A stretch of 62,576 nucleotides of DNA, filler included, from Sphacelaria rigidula (taxonomy: Eukaryota): NCBI GenBank assembly GCA_964200075.2. It is 7 parts of 7 records of this genome, joined end to end, with 100 filler letters (N's around TTAATTAATTAA, not from the genome) between each part and the next. Parts side by side here need not be neighbours in the genome. Positions count along the whole stretch, not along the records: positions 26,864 to 35,717 come from CAXNAA020009933.1; positions 35,818 to 44,671 come from CAXNAA020009934.1; 5 more parts are not named here. One strand, written 5' to 3'. Positions 34,561-44,771 of the stretch are shown in pieces. Numbering within the stretch: the first letter of the stretch is position 1; every line of letters begins with the position of its first letter. The position numbers and the translations under genes were made by a program. The notes beneath the pieces are model-generated. The model ran no database searches, was not told where the DNA came from, and worked only from the letters and a program-made list of their open reading frames with translations.

Positions 34561-35648
34561 AACACGACATCAATGCACCATCTCGAGTCCTATCTCTTCG
34601 CACTTCCTGTATTGCGATTTTTATCTCCCCTCCCAGTTTGGTTCTGGTACTTCCCTTGTTCCCACTCAGGTACGCTCTCCTCTTCACTGTCTCACCCACG
34701 ATAGCTCTCCTATCGCGGCTCATCTCTGCCCTCATCGGCCCCTTCGACGACTTCCTCTGGCTCCCCTTCACCCCCTTCCTTTAGCCTCTACACTGCCACC
34801 ACTTTGTCTGGCTGGCACTCGACCCTATTCGGGCCCTTGAGTTTTGGTTTTCCTGCTTGATATTGCCACTGTGTCCTCTGCGAGGTTTTCCTTTGCTTTT
34901 TTTCTAGCTAGCGCGTCAAAGCATTGTGTGCTTCTCCCGTCTGTTCGCTAGCTCGCAGCAGCATTGTGTGCTTCTGCGCAGTCCACCGCAATTGCGTAAC
35001 TGCGCTTTTTGAGGCACTTTTGGTTTTTCTTGTTTGAGGTGTGGGAGGACCGGGCACAGGCTGGTCATTGCCCTCTTGGTTTTTTTTCACATTGTCTCCT
35101 CATAAATTGATGGGTGAGACAAGCCTCAATTATAGTTGCTCTTGAGATTTCATCGCAACTCAAATAGAGGTTCGTCTGGGTGGATGAGTGTCATGAGGAA
35201 GGAAGATAGAGAGGCGTTATTTGTTCCTACAGACAATTTTGGGGCAAATTGGCTCACAGATCATCCGATCTGTCCATGAGGATTATTTCCATGGTTTTGG
35301 GAAGGTTGGTGTGCAGACAGCTGTACCCTAGCCCTGAGGAGGTGAAACGCCTTCTCGGGCCGAGTTCAGATAGGTCGCCTTGCATGTATCTCACGCACCC
35401 TCGCTCACTCTTGAGCTGCCCACCGAGCTGGACCATTCTGCTCCTACTGCTTACCTTTGGTGAGAACAGTACGCTAGGCGAGCAAGAGAATAACAAGTGA
35501 GAATTAGAAGATATCAAGCTTTCGAGATCCTCTGTTCATTTGCTACTGTTGATCAACAGTCACGAGAACCTGTGTGTGTGCGTGAATCACATATCTGCAG
35601 CTTGTTCTTTCCGGGCACCTTGCACTTTATGCACCTTACCAAGCCGAG

Positions 35649-35717
35649 TGATGCTACGGTAGGGGTACAGAAATAATTTCTGAGGTTAGAATTGTTAGGA
35701 GCCCCTTATCTCCTCCA
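35649..35717 (-). mobile_element. Right end of the CAATGCTACGGTAG MITE (inverted), truncated at scaffold end
   Basis: Reverse complement matches ~2670-2733. Confidence 0.75.
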
Positions 35718-35817
35718 NNNNNNNNNNNNNNNNNNNNNNNNNNNNNNNNNNNNNNNNNNNNTTAATTAATTAANNNNNNNNNNNNNNNNNNNNNNNNNNN
35801 NNNNNNNNNNNNNNNNN
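35718..35817. other. Artificial scaffold-joining linker
   Basis: N44-TTAATTAATTAA-N44. Confidence 0.97.
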
Positions 35818-36254
35818 AGGGTACCCAGGTTTGTCGCTAATGTACCATGGTATACCCTACTGTGGCGTTTGCCTTTATTATTATTTTACTAACACATGGT
35901 GAACCCCTTGTCACTGAGTTTCAGTCCCGAAAAGTTAACCAAATATAATCCGTTATATGCCATGATCCATCAAAAGGTTGATGTTTTCAAATCGATCGGC
36001 CCCCTGATATCTTTCGTGACCACAGCAAACTCAGATGAAGGAAATAATTTTCACCATGTCGGCATCTCGATGATACTAAAAACCGAGACTGAATTACAAC
36101 AATCGAAACTCAAATCGAACTATGGTAAAATATACGAGTAAAGTATGACACAAATAATCATGCACATACAGTGGAGCATGGCATACACATGCAGTAAGGT
36201 ATGATCTAACACACACACTTGAAGTATGACACATACGAACAAAACTGAAACAAG

Positions 36255-36452
36255 GTTTTTGGTGGGAGTCGAGGACGAAGCTTCCGGCGAAGTCACCCTG
36301 CACGAGGCTGGGCATGCTTATGCCCTGCGACAGAGCGTAGCGGGGAGAGAGGACGACGTAGAGAGTAATGCTATGGATGGCACGGACTGGAAGGAGCAAC
36401 GAGATGCCCTGGTGAATCAATTCGGCAGCAAGAAGAAGAAGGCGGTCATCAG
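36255..36452 (+). CDS. RPA49: RNA polymerase I subunit A49 (RPA49/PAF53), internal exon a
   Basis: AG/GT bounded; FLVGVEDEASGEVTLHEA...RDALVNQFGSKKKKAVIR matches the A49 motif L...FG(T/S)KK.KKAI. Confidence 0.8.
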
Positions 36453-37589
36453 GTATATCTTGCGGGCTATGCCGTCATCATTTAATCATTATCCAACTGT
36501 TATTGTTGTTGTTTGTGGTGTGCCTATTGTAAGGAATGTCACTACTAACGCGTCTGTTTTTTTTTATCCCGTTTTTTTACTCGCAAAGCAAAAAAAAAGC
36601 TATTCCCCGAGTAAAATAGATGAGTTTAAGACTGACTACAGATGTTCCCCCGTAGATACAGCGTCGGATTTTCATTCGATTTTTCTTGTCGGAGAAGTCG
36701 GGGAAAAAAAAAAAAAATTCCCCGAAAAAGGTACAAAATAGAACTTCCCAAAATGGCCTCGTCAATAATATCCCTTTTTATCTGTTGGAAAGTTCGCGGC
36801 GATGAACGAAAGTGGCAAGCGTTGTCTGTGCATGAAGTATTCCCCCCGCCCCCAGCTATGTTGGTTGTTAATGAACGTGGATATGCTCTGGTCTCCTGGT
36901 GAATATACTCCACGAGAGTGAAGCGTCTTCTTGAAACGTGGTAAATGTTCCGAGAATGGCACACATCACGGTAAGAAACTCAGTTCGAGTAGCGGGGAGA
37001 TAAGAGTAATATCACCAGGGGTGATCCTCTCTTTGCTCGTCTTTTTTGGCGGCGTCAAGACTTTTGTGGCCATCTGGCGGTTACGAATGAATGGACGATC
37101 GTCGCCCCCTCTTGCTTGTTTGGGTAGTTTTTGGTGTTTCCACACATCAGACAGCTCATGAACGCCTTAAATAACTAATCGAAGAAGATGCTCAGATCTG
37201 TTGTCCAAGGATACGAAATACGTAACAGCGGGTCCGAAAAGCGAAAGTGCTACCTTTACGCTACTCTGGGTGCTTAGCGTCCAGCTCTGCCCGGAGCAAA
37301 TATTGAGTAAGGGGCAAAATGACCTAGCTCGTGATCCGGATCGTTACACGAATAAGAAAAGTAATATTCGTGTGGCTCATAAGCTTTCCGACGTGTGAAT
37401 GTTTCCACACGTTTCCGTTTATATTTTTACCCTAGTCACAAAGATGGACGCTAAGTTACGTGCAGAGTGTAATAAACCGGAAACGCTGCGCTGAAAGAAA
37501 GGAACTCGTGAAAGGGGAGGAGATACGGAAAATAGGGAGAGCAAAGTACATGGTGGATACTGAAAAAAGAGGGGTGGGTCATGTTGCAT

Positions 37590-37755
37590 GCCGTAGGTAT
37601 GTGACCGTTGACCTCGCATCCCTACAAAGTCCGGGCGGAGCACGCCGGGTTGTCGCCTGACCCGGCATATAGGGGGGGGGGGGGGGGGGTACTCGTGATC
37701 TTGCATGCTGTAGTCATGTGACCATTGCCCCCGTAAATAGGGTGGAGGGGGGGGG
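37590..37755 (-). repeat. Dispersed short repeat family B (intronic, partial copies)
   Basis: Reverse complement of the 9300-9410 motif: CCTCGCATCCCTACAAAGTCCGGGCGGAGCACGCCGGG and GTACTCGTGATCTTGCATGC. Confidence 0.7.
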
Positions 37756-37831
37756 AAATAGAAGAAAATAATGAAAAATAACAGAAGGTAAAGAAAGGAG
37801 AAAGACAAGAATAATGCGAGGTCGAGGTTTA

Positions 37832-37870
<39 letters not shown>
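37832..37870. repeat. (TAG)n microsatellite
   Basis: 13 perfect units. Confidence 0.95.
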
Positions 37871-37875
<5 letters not shown>

Positions 37876-38000
37876 CGGGTCCCGAGGACAACAAACCCGA
37901 TAAGGCAAATTTTGGACACGTCGCACCTGTGTTGGCTCCACGTTTACGTTTCCTGCTTCTGCCTACCCATCGTCCGCCCGATCGAGTAATGTAAAATCAG

Positions 38001-38098
38001 AGCGCGGGATGCTAACGTCATCGAGGCAAGCAAGGTCGTCGGTGGTGGGGCTTTATCTCGGGTGCTGAAGCAGGCCTTGAAGGAGGAAGGCACGGAGG
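38001..38098 (+). CDS. RPA49: RPA49 internal exon b
   Basis: CAG| and |GTAGGT; phase 2 in, phase 1 out, compatible with both neighbours; (R)ARDANVIEASKV matches the A49 R..N.I segment. Confidence 0.75.
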
Positions 38099-38612
38099 GT
38101 AGGTCCCCGCGTAATACTTTTTCTGGAAATACGACTCAAGTGACTCTTTGTCACTGCATGGTGGAGGGAGGGTAGTTGAATTGTAGAACTCGATTTTGAA
38201 CGTTCATGTATATACCGACATGTCTCGCTCGATGCAGTGATGTAGGGATTGGCCGAAAGGCGGTGCTGTGGAGGGGGGAAAAGGGGGTGCTGGGGAGGGA
38301 AAGCAGTAGTTCGGCTCAATACATCGATCGGACCATTCAGTCGTGGTAACCAGTAGTAGTAGTAGAAGTGCGACCTAAGTGATCAAGGCAGACATAGGCC
38401 ACCCTGACCTGCAGACCACAGACATTGCGTACCCCAGGGACCAAGTGCCTCCGACGCACATAGTACACCTTTGACATTGCTTTATAGAATATATGACACT
38501 CAATAGCTGCAGAAAAATAATCGTTACCGCGTATCATCGTGGTGTGATACACGTGTTCAAACATTTTTGTACACCTCGGATCGACTGACCAACAGTAAAT
38601 CTACATCACAAA

Positions 38613-38859
38613 AGGGCGGGGGAGGGGGGGGGGGCTGTCTTCCGAGAGAGACTACAGAGCGCCTGGCAACGATGTGGTATATATCGGCGGTACGTTGTAT
38701 TTTGCACCCTTCTTGGCTAACACCCGTGGATGACGAAGTTTCGAGCATTGTCTCTATCGGTACTACCACGGAGCATGCATTACTGGTCCGATATACTTTG
38801 TTTACCACCCCCTTCAAGCACACATACTTCGGTGTACCCCTCGGGAGATGACTCCTCGT

Positions 38860-38891
<32 letters not shown>

Positions 38892-39045
38892 CCCCACCCC
38901 CCCCCTCCCCCCCCCCCTCGTTTTTTTTTTTTCTTTTTTTTTTTTTTTTTCTTTNNNNNNNNNNATTTGTTGTCCCCCCCCTTCCAGCACCGATATCCCG
39001 GGGTGCCCCTCGGGGGAAGACTCCTCCGGCCCCCCCCCCCCCCCC
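38613..39045. repeat. MITE-like element with G-tract/C-tract ends; right end duplicated across a gap
   Basis: G-run+CTGTCTTCCGAGAG at left; CCCCTCGGG.GA.GACTCCTC+C-run at ~38837 and again at ~39006. Confidence 0.5.
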
Positions 39046-39193
39046 AGAAGACAGAAACATTTCCCTTCTGCCCGCCTTCTCTTGATTTTTAGTGTTTCCT
39101 CATGTTGCTTTCTTCGTTTTTGCTTTTTCCATTTTTATCTTGTCGGTTGTGCTGACTGTACTTGTTGTTCCTGTGGATGGTAAAATTGCGAAG

Positions 39194-39375
39194 AGGCGGC
39201 GGGACCGGCCGATGGTGCGGCAGGCGCCTTAATGGAAGCTCGAAGGAGATTCTTGCCGCCCATGCGCTTAGACGCTTCTACTCCCGAGGGGGTATACTCG
39301 GCGGAGGACATCACTGGTCGACAGGAGATGGAGGCTATGGGAAGACAGATAGACAGGGAAGCAGAGGGATTGGAG
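39194..39375 (+). CDS. RPA49: RPA49 internal exon c
   Basis: AAG| and |GTAAGC; RRFLPPMRLDASTPEGVYSAEDI matches the A49 motif (I/L)PP...DA..P..VY...DI. Confidence 0.82.
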
Positions 39376-39427
39376 GTAAGCCTGGCCCCACTCGACAGGA
39401 CAAATTTATTTTTCTTGTATATACGGA

Positions 39428-39475
39428 GTTGTTGTTGTTGTTGTTATTGTTGTTGTTGTTGTTGTTGTTGTTATT
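39428..39475. repeat. (TTG)n microsatellite
   Basis: Near-perfect run. Confidence 0.9.
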
Positions 39476-39934
39476 ATTTGTTTGCTGTGGCTGTTGGTCG
39501 TTGTATGCGATGTATGTGCACCCAGCCCGTTTATAATTTATGCGTGTTGCCAAACACTTTCAGCAGCTTAATCGTTTCGACTACAAAGGTTGTTGGATTT
39601 TTCTGCAGGGCCATTGATGTACTAAGGCCGTTTCTTACGGTTCGTATTTCCCCCTGGTATTCTGCAAAAAATTACGAGGAAAAATACCGCTAGGAAAATA
39701 CAGTCAGAAATTTTGAACTCATCTTACGGTTCCAGATAAATTTTTGAGGGGGAGCGGTACCAAAAGAGCGGGGAGGTACCAAAAGTACGGTTAGCGGAAT
39801 TCGAAGGGGTGTGCACGCCAAGGCGGGGTACAAAGGTTTTAAGAATTCGGCATGCCAAGCTTCCTGTGTTGGTATAAGAAGACGTGAAACATGGAACTCC
39901 CTCAATCGTTGCTGGCCCAGTTCGTACTGTGTGT

Positions 39935-40480
39935 AAACTGACATATTCATCGTAAACTGCGGTATGCGGCAGTTCAGACAGTCCGTGGTATTGCACATCT
40001 CCACTTTATTTTTGTGCAGCCGCTGTATACGTTTGTCTGCACACTGACATCTGCTTTTCATACTGCCGTATGCGGCAGTACAGACAGTACTGTACGGGTT
40101 CGTACTGTCTATATTGCACCTTGTCCACATCATGATATATTATGCAGCCGTTGTACACTACGGGCCAACTGACATTTGCATCCTACTGTTGTATGCGGCA
40201 GTACACGGCTTGTCTGCACTGCACGTTATCCAGGTCGTTTTCAGCAGCTGTTGGGTGCAACCTGACATCTGCATCCTACTGTTGAATGCGGCAGAACAGA
40301 CAGTACAGTACTGCCTAGTGTTGTCTGTATTGCACGTTGTCGACATCTCTCACCTTGCCCGCATCATTTTTACAACAGCCGTTGTGTACCACTGTTGTGT
40401 GCAAACTGACACCTACAACTCTCTGCATGAGGCAGCACAGACGGTACCACAGTGCTGTCCGCGCTGAGTACTGTCTGTGC
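39935..40480. repeat. Degenerate internal tandem repeats of the Harbinger-type element
   Basis: CTGACAT.TGC...TACTG..G.ATGCGGCAG.ACA recurs about five times. Confidence 0.75.
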
Positions 40481-40793
40481 TGCGGGTTTGCGAGAGGACA
40501 GTCGATGCCAATAGATCACCAACCCCTGACGACGTCTAGTGTGTAAACGGGGCTGGGGATGTTTGACATTGCTATCAGGAGATCCCTGCAGTTGGCGAAG
40601 AAGGGCACAAACATCTTCAGCGCTGACGGGCGTTGCTAGTCTCGCTTCGTCTCGAATGAAAAATACGAGAGAAAAATACAAGCCGATCTCGACTCGTATT
40701 TTTTGGAAAAATACAAGCGAGGAGGGCTCATCTCGTGAATTTTCCACGTCTTGTATTTTTTCCCCCAAAATCTTGTGAAAATACGAACTGTAC

Positions 40794-41263
40794 GGCTACT
40801 TCTCATGTATCAAAAACTAAAACTTATTGAAAAGTACATTTTTGGCCCTTCTCCGTCATTTTTCCCCCGAAAAGAGGGCCAAGCGGCCGTTGACACCTTG
40901 GGATGACTTGCTCTACTCGCTGAGACGGTTCCAGAGCACACATGCGTTTCCCGTAGGTCACGGTTTCGTTTTTGGCCAAACTTGCGTTTTCAATAACAAA
41001 CAGTCAAGTTGCCGAAAATATGTCAGTTTTCCCTCTGTTTATAGATAACTTGACCGTTTGTTATTGAAAATGCAAGTTTGGCCAAAAACGAAACCGTGAC
41101 CTACGGGAAACGCATGTGTGCTCTGGAACCGTCTCAGCGAGTAGAGCAAGTCATCCCAAGGTGCCAATAGCCGCCTAGCCCTCTTTTCGGGGGAAAAACG
41201 ACGGAGAAGGGTAAAAAATGTACTTTTCAACAACTTTGAAAATTTGATACATGAGAAGTAGCC
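40794..41263. repeat. Foldback: 217-bp inverted arms, 36-bp loop
   Basis: 40794-41010 versus 41047-41263; 92 bp (40894-40985) pair perfectly. Confidence 0.93.
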
Positions 41264-43914
41264 TAAGGAGCCTTCTTGTATTTTTTTTCCCCTCGTAATT
41301 TGCAAAATACCAGGGGAAAATACGAACCGTAAGAAATGGCCTAAAGGAAACAAGGGTCTGACGGATAATGATTCGTCTGAAAAAAATAAATGATTCCAGA
41401 GTAGTTGGTTCATACCGCATGAGTGATCAATCCTTGGGCTGGCTTCGTTTTCAGCGTTGTACCCCTGGTATGCGCACCCCAGGTACGTGGAATCACGCAA
41501 AAATTGCGTGGAGACTTTTCTGACCCGTGGCCAACATTTTCCCCCCTCTCTTTTGAGCTATGAGGCCTCGGAAATCGTAGATTTAGCGATTTGAACCGGC
41601 GGTGATTCGTCCGACTCTTGAAAAGGAAGTCAAATCGCGAACGTTCGCGTTGGAATATATGGGCTTGCTGTGGAAAATGACTACTGTACTTCGACTCTAT
41701 GAGTATTTTTTGGCGCGCTTGCTGTTTGTGAGAATTGCCTCTGGGTTTGGTCATTTTCAGTGGGAAGCAAGAGAGTCCTCCCGTAGCAGCAAGCCAGTTC
41801 GTTTCAATGCAGCAGGAGGTACACGCCGCGAACACACAAAGCGCATCGTGAGCAATTTTTACAAGGCCCAGGGCTTCGTCATAGATATCAGTGGTCGGTT
41901 ATTTTGTGACCATAGATCACGTTGATGAAGAAAAAATATGAAGGCATGATTGCCACCGCTCCCAGGCGGTCTGAATTAAAACGGTACAACTGACACCGTT
42001 AGGGCGGGAAAAAGGTGGGTTCGATTCCTGCCAGATGCAACTCGTTTTTTTTTTTTAATGCACTTCCGTCGTCTAAAAAGTGAGGACGTTAGCAGCGAAA
42101 ATATCTGTCCGGATGAGTTTGGTGGATGACAGTCGACGAGGTGCGGGAGTAGTGCTGGTCCAATCCGCAACAGACACGAGAAGAAGTAAGGGCGTGTACC
42201 GGAGGAAAGAGATGAGTTGGTCCCGTTGAGACCACTGGACCACTGACTCGACTCCAGGAAGGGCAGGGGTCATTCGTGAGAACGATGTATATATATATAC
42301 AAGGTTCCCGGTCGGGAGGTTGTTACGGGCCTCCCGGGGGTGACGCAAGTCGAAAATGTATGGTCCAGAGAGGCTGTTGTATCTCAATGTACAGTAGTGA
42401 TCGTGGCTGTACAAAACATCTCATGTCTTATCGGACGTCGTTCAGAAATATGGGAATTCGGACAGAGGCCGACGGCGGAACCGCCGGCGTAGGACATGTG
42501 TGGTATTTCCGAGGTGCGAGATTACGAAGTAGCTCTCATGCCACACAGACATGACAGCGGGAGGCACTCCCGAAAAATTGGGATGCGTGGAACGTTCTCG
42601 GCGTGTTCTTTGTAGATCACTGTGGCTTTCACATCACCGGGCCTTTTTTTTAAACAGGGTGATTGTCTTTGCGGCAAAACGTTCCTGTGCTGACGTGCTG
42701 CTGTGCCTTGTTCAACTCGCCAACGGCCCATTGCATGGTCTTGTGTTTGCTGCTGACTAAGGCCAAGGCAATGTTTAATTGTTTTCAACTGCTTTGCTCT
42801 CATGTTCTCGTGACATTGGCGGCATAAGCGGTGTGTTCGTGCTCCGAAATGAACGAGAACGCGGCAAAGAGAAACACGGGGGAAAATATCCCGCCAAAAA
42901 TAACCCTTTTTAAAGTTTTGCATGATTTTTAACAGTTTTTTTTTGTGGTTTGGGTTCTTGTTTGAAGTTTTCCATGATCTTGAAAAGGCTTTGTGGTTCG
43001 GGATCGACACCCCGTGAAAAAGGGCCAGTTTGAGCGACTTTCGGTGGGCAGAACACGCGCCACAGGCATCAGATGACACCCAAACCTGAACGGTAATGTA
43101 CCGCTGAGCCTTCTTTGTGCGCTGCAAAAGAAAGCGCGGAGGAAAATGCCTCGCTGCCGGAGAAAACTCGGCAAAAGTGGCGGAAATGTGAAATATTACA
43201 TGTACATCTATGATATATTGTCAATGAAACACAATCACTTGATGATTGAAAGGTGAAACACACGCTCGAGAGGTACTTGAGGTTGACTCATATCCGAGGG
43301 CATGCTGGTATGAATGTCGGGGACCCCTGCCATAAAATTAAATCCGGCGACATCCATGCGTAGAGTATTTTATTCTAGTTTATTTTCCTTGAAGCAAGGG
43401 GGAAATTTGACCCAACACTTACCCCGCAAGCGGGTTGTGTTGTGCACAGATGAAAGCTCACGAGGATCCCGATGTCTGTTATCACCAGCGTTCCTCGGGC
43501 CATCAATGATGCCTCTGCCCGTGCAGTGACCCGGCATCGCACACGGTTATGGCGACTCTGATGTCCTAAAGGGTTAGTCCCTCGACAACCAGGGTGTAAT
43601 AGTCATCTCGACCTTATACTCTTTTTATCAAGTGAAATTGGTATCTCTTCAAGGTATGACCTTTAGTGTACATATACCCTTGCGGCCGAACGGTTAACAT
43701 GCCCTGAGCAACACTATGTGAACAAAGCTGTATCGGTTGGCTTTTACTCCTGTAAGGATTCAAGGTCTGTCAAAAGTTGAACAAAACAACCGTACAAACA
43801 TATTTAGCGGGGATGCTGCAAGCAGTTAACGTCTAGCTCGCACAGTATTGCACGTCGACTGCCGACTACTGTATGTATCACCCTACAGGCCGCTCAACTA
43901 CGTCTTGATTTTTT

Positions 43915-43918
<4 letters not shown>

Positions 43919-43965
<47 letters not shown>
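43919..43965. repeat. (TG)n microsatellite
   Basis: Perfect dinucleotide run. Confidence 0.95.
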
Positions 43966-43966
<1 letters not shown>

Positions 43967-44114
43967 GCCTACTCCTTCAAGTCAGTGTGTGCGCATGTAT
44001 TCCTACGGAGAGCAAGCGGCTCAAAGGCAAGGAACGCCCTAGTAATAACACATTGAAAAATGAATGAAACTTGCCCCCATCCCATTTTTCTGTTTGGGTT
44101 ACGTACGACCTCAG

Positions 44115-44361
44115 GGAGGCCTTCAGCAGTGGGTGAAGGAATTTGCGGAACAGTCCCGAGATGCCTGTCCGCGGTTCGTCGCGAACCGAATAGTGCTGCT
44201 GCCGGACGTGACGGAAGCTAAGCAACGGTACAGGATGCTGCAACTGTTGTACCTGCGACACATGATCGTGTTTCACCACAGCGGGAACTTGCTGAAGGGA
44301 ACGGCCGGCCAGCTGTCGACGAAGTTGGATGTGCCCGAGGTTGTGCTGCGACGTCTGTTGG

Positions 44362-44363
<2 letters not shown>
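44115..44363 (+). CDS. RPA49: RPA49 internal exon d
   Basis: CAG| and |GT; phase 0, matching exon c; RFVANRI...QLLYLRHMIVF...PEVVLRRLLE resembles the A49 C-terminal winged-helix region. Confidence 0.75.

Positions 44364-44418
<55 letters not shown>
44364..44418. repeat. (GT)n microsatellite beginning at the splice donor
   Basis: The donor GT is the first repeat unit. Confidence 0.93.
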
Positions 44419-44419
<1 letters not shown>

Positions 44420-44619
44420 TTATGTGGTATAGTACTAATGATACCTATTCATCGTTCTCTTGTGGTGTATTGGTGATGATGAAAGAACGAAGAAAGAATG
44501 AGAGAAGACACACTGACCCATTTTTCACATTTTTTTTATTGTGGTGCGTGGAGTGGTTGATGGGTGCTGTGCTGGTCTATATAGTGCGTCGGGGGAAGGT
44601 GTGCTTTGTTTCATTATTT

Positions 44620-44632
44620 GATGATGATAATA

Positions 44633-44670
<38 letters not shown>

Positions 44671-44671
44671 A
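44620..44671. repeat. (GAT)n microsatellite at scaffold end
   Basis: Run of GAT/AAT units. Confidence 0.9.
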
Positions 44672-44771
44672 NNNNNNNNNNNNNNNNNNNNNNNNNNNNN
44701 NNNNNNNNNNNNNNNTTAATTAATTAANNNNNNNNNNNNNNNNNNNNNNNNNNNNNNNNNNNNNNNNNNNN
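44672..44771. other. Artificial scaffold-joining linker
   Basis: N44-TTAATTAATTAA-N44. Confidence 0.97.

Larger units (their letters stand above)
39626..41341. mobile_element. Non-autonomous PIF/Harbinger-type DNA transposon (1716 bp) in an RPA49 intron
   Basis: TIRs GGCCGTTTCTTACGGTTCGTATTT / AAATACGAACCGTAAGAAATGGCC extend about 60 bp; TAA on both flanks (39623-39625 and 41342-41344). Confidence 0.85.

Noticed and set aside
38848..39092. Poly-Pro/Phe ORFs
   Set aside because: Homopolymer tracts around an assembly gap; low-quality sequence.
40827..41500. Two near-identical convergent ORFs as duplicated genes
   Set aside because: They are the two arms of the intronic inverted repeat.
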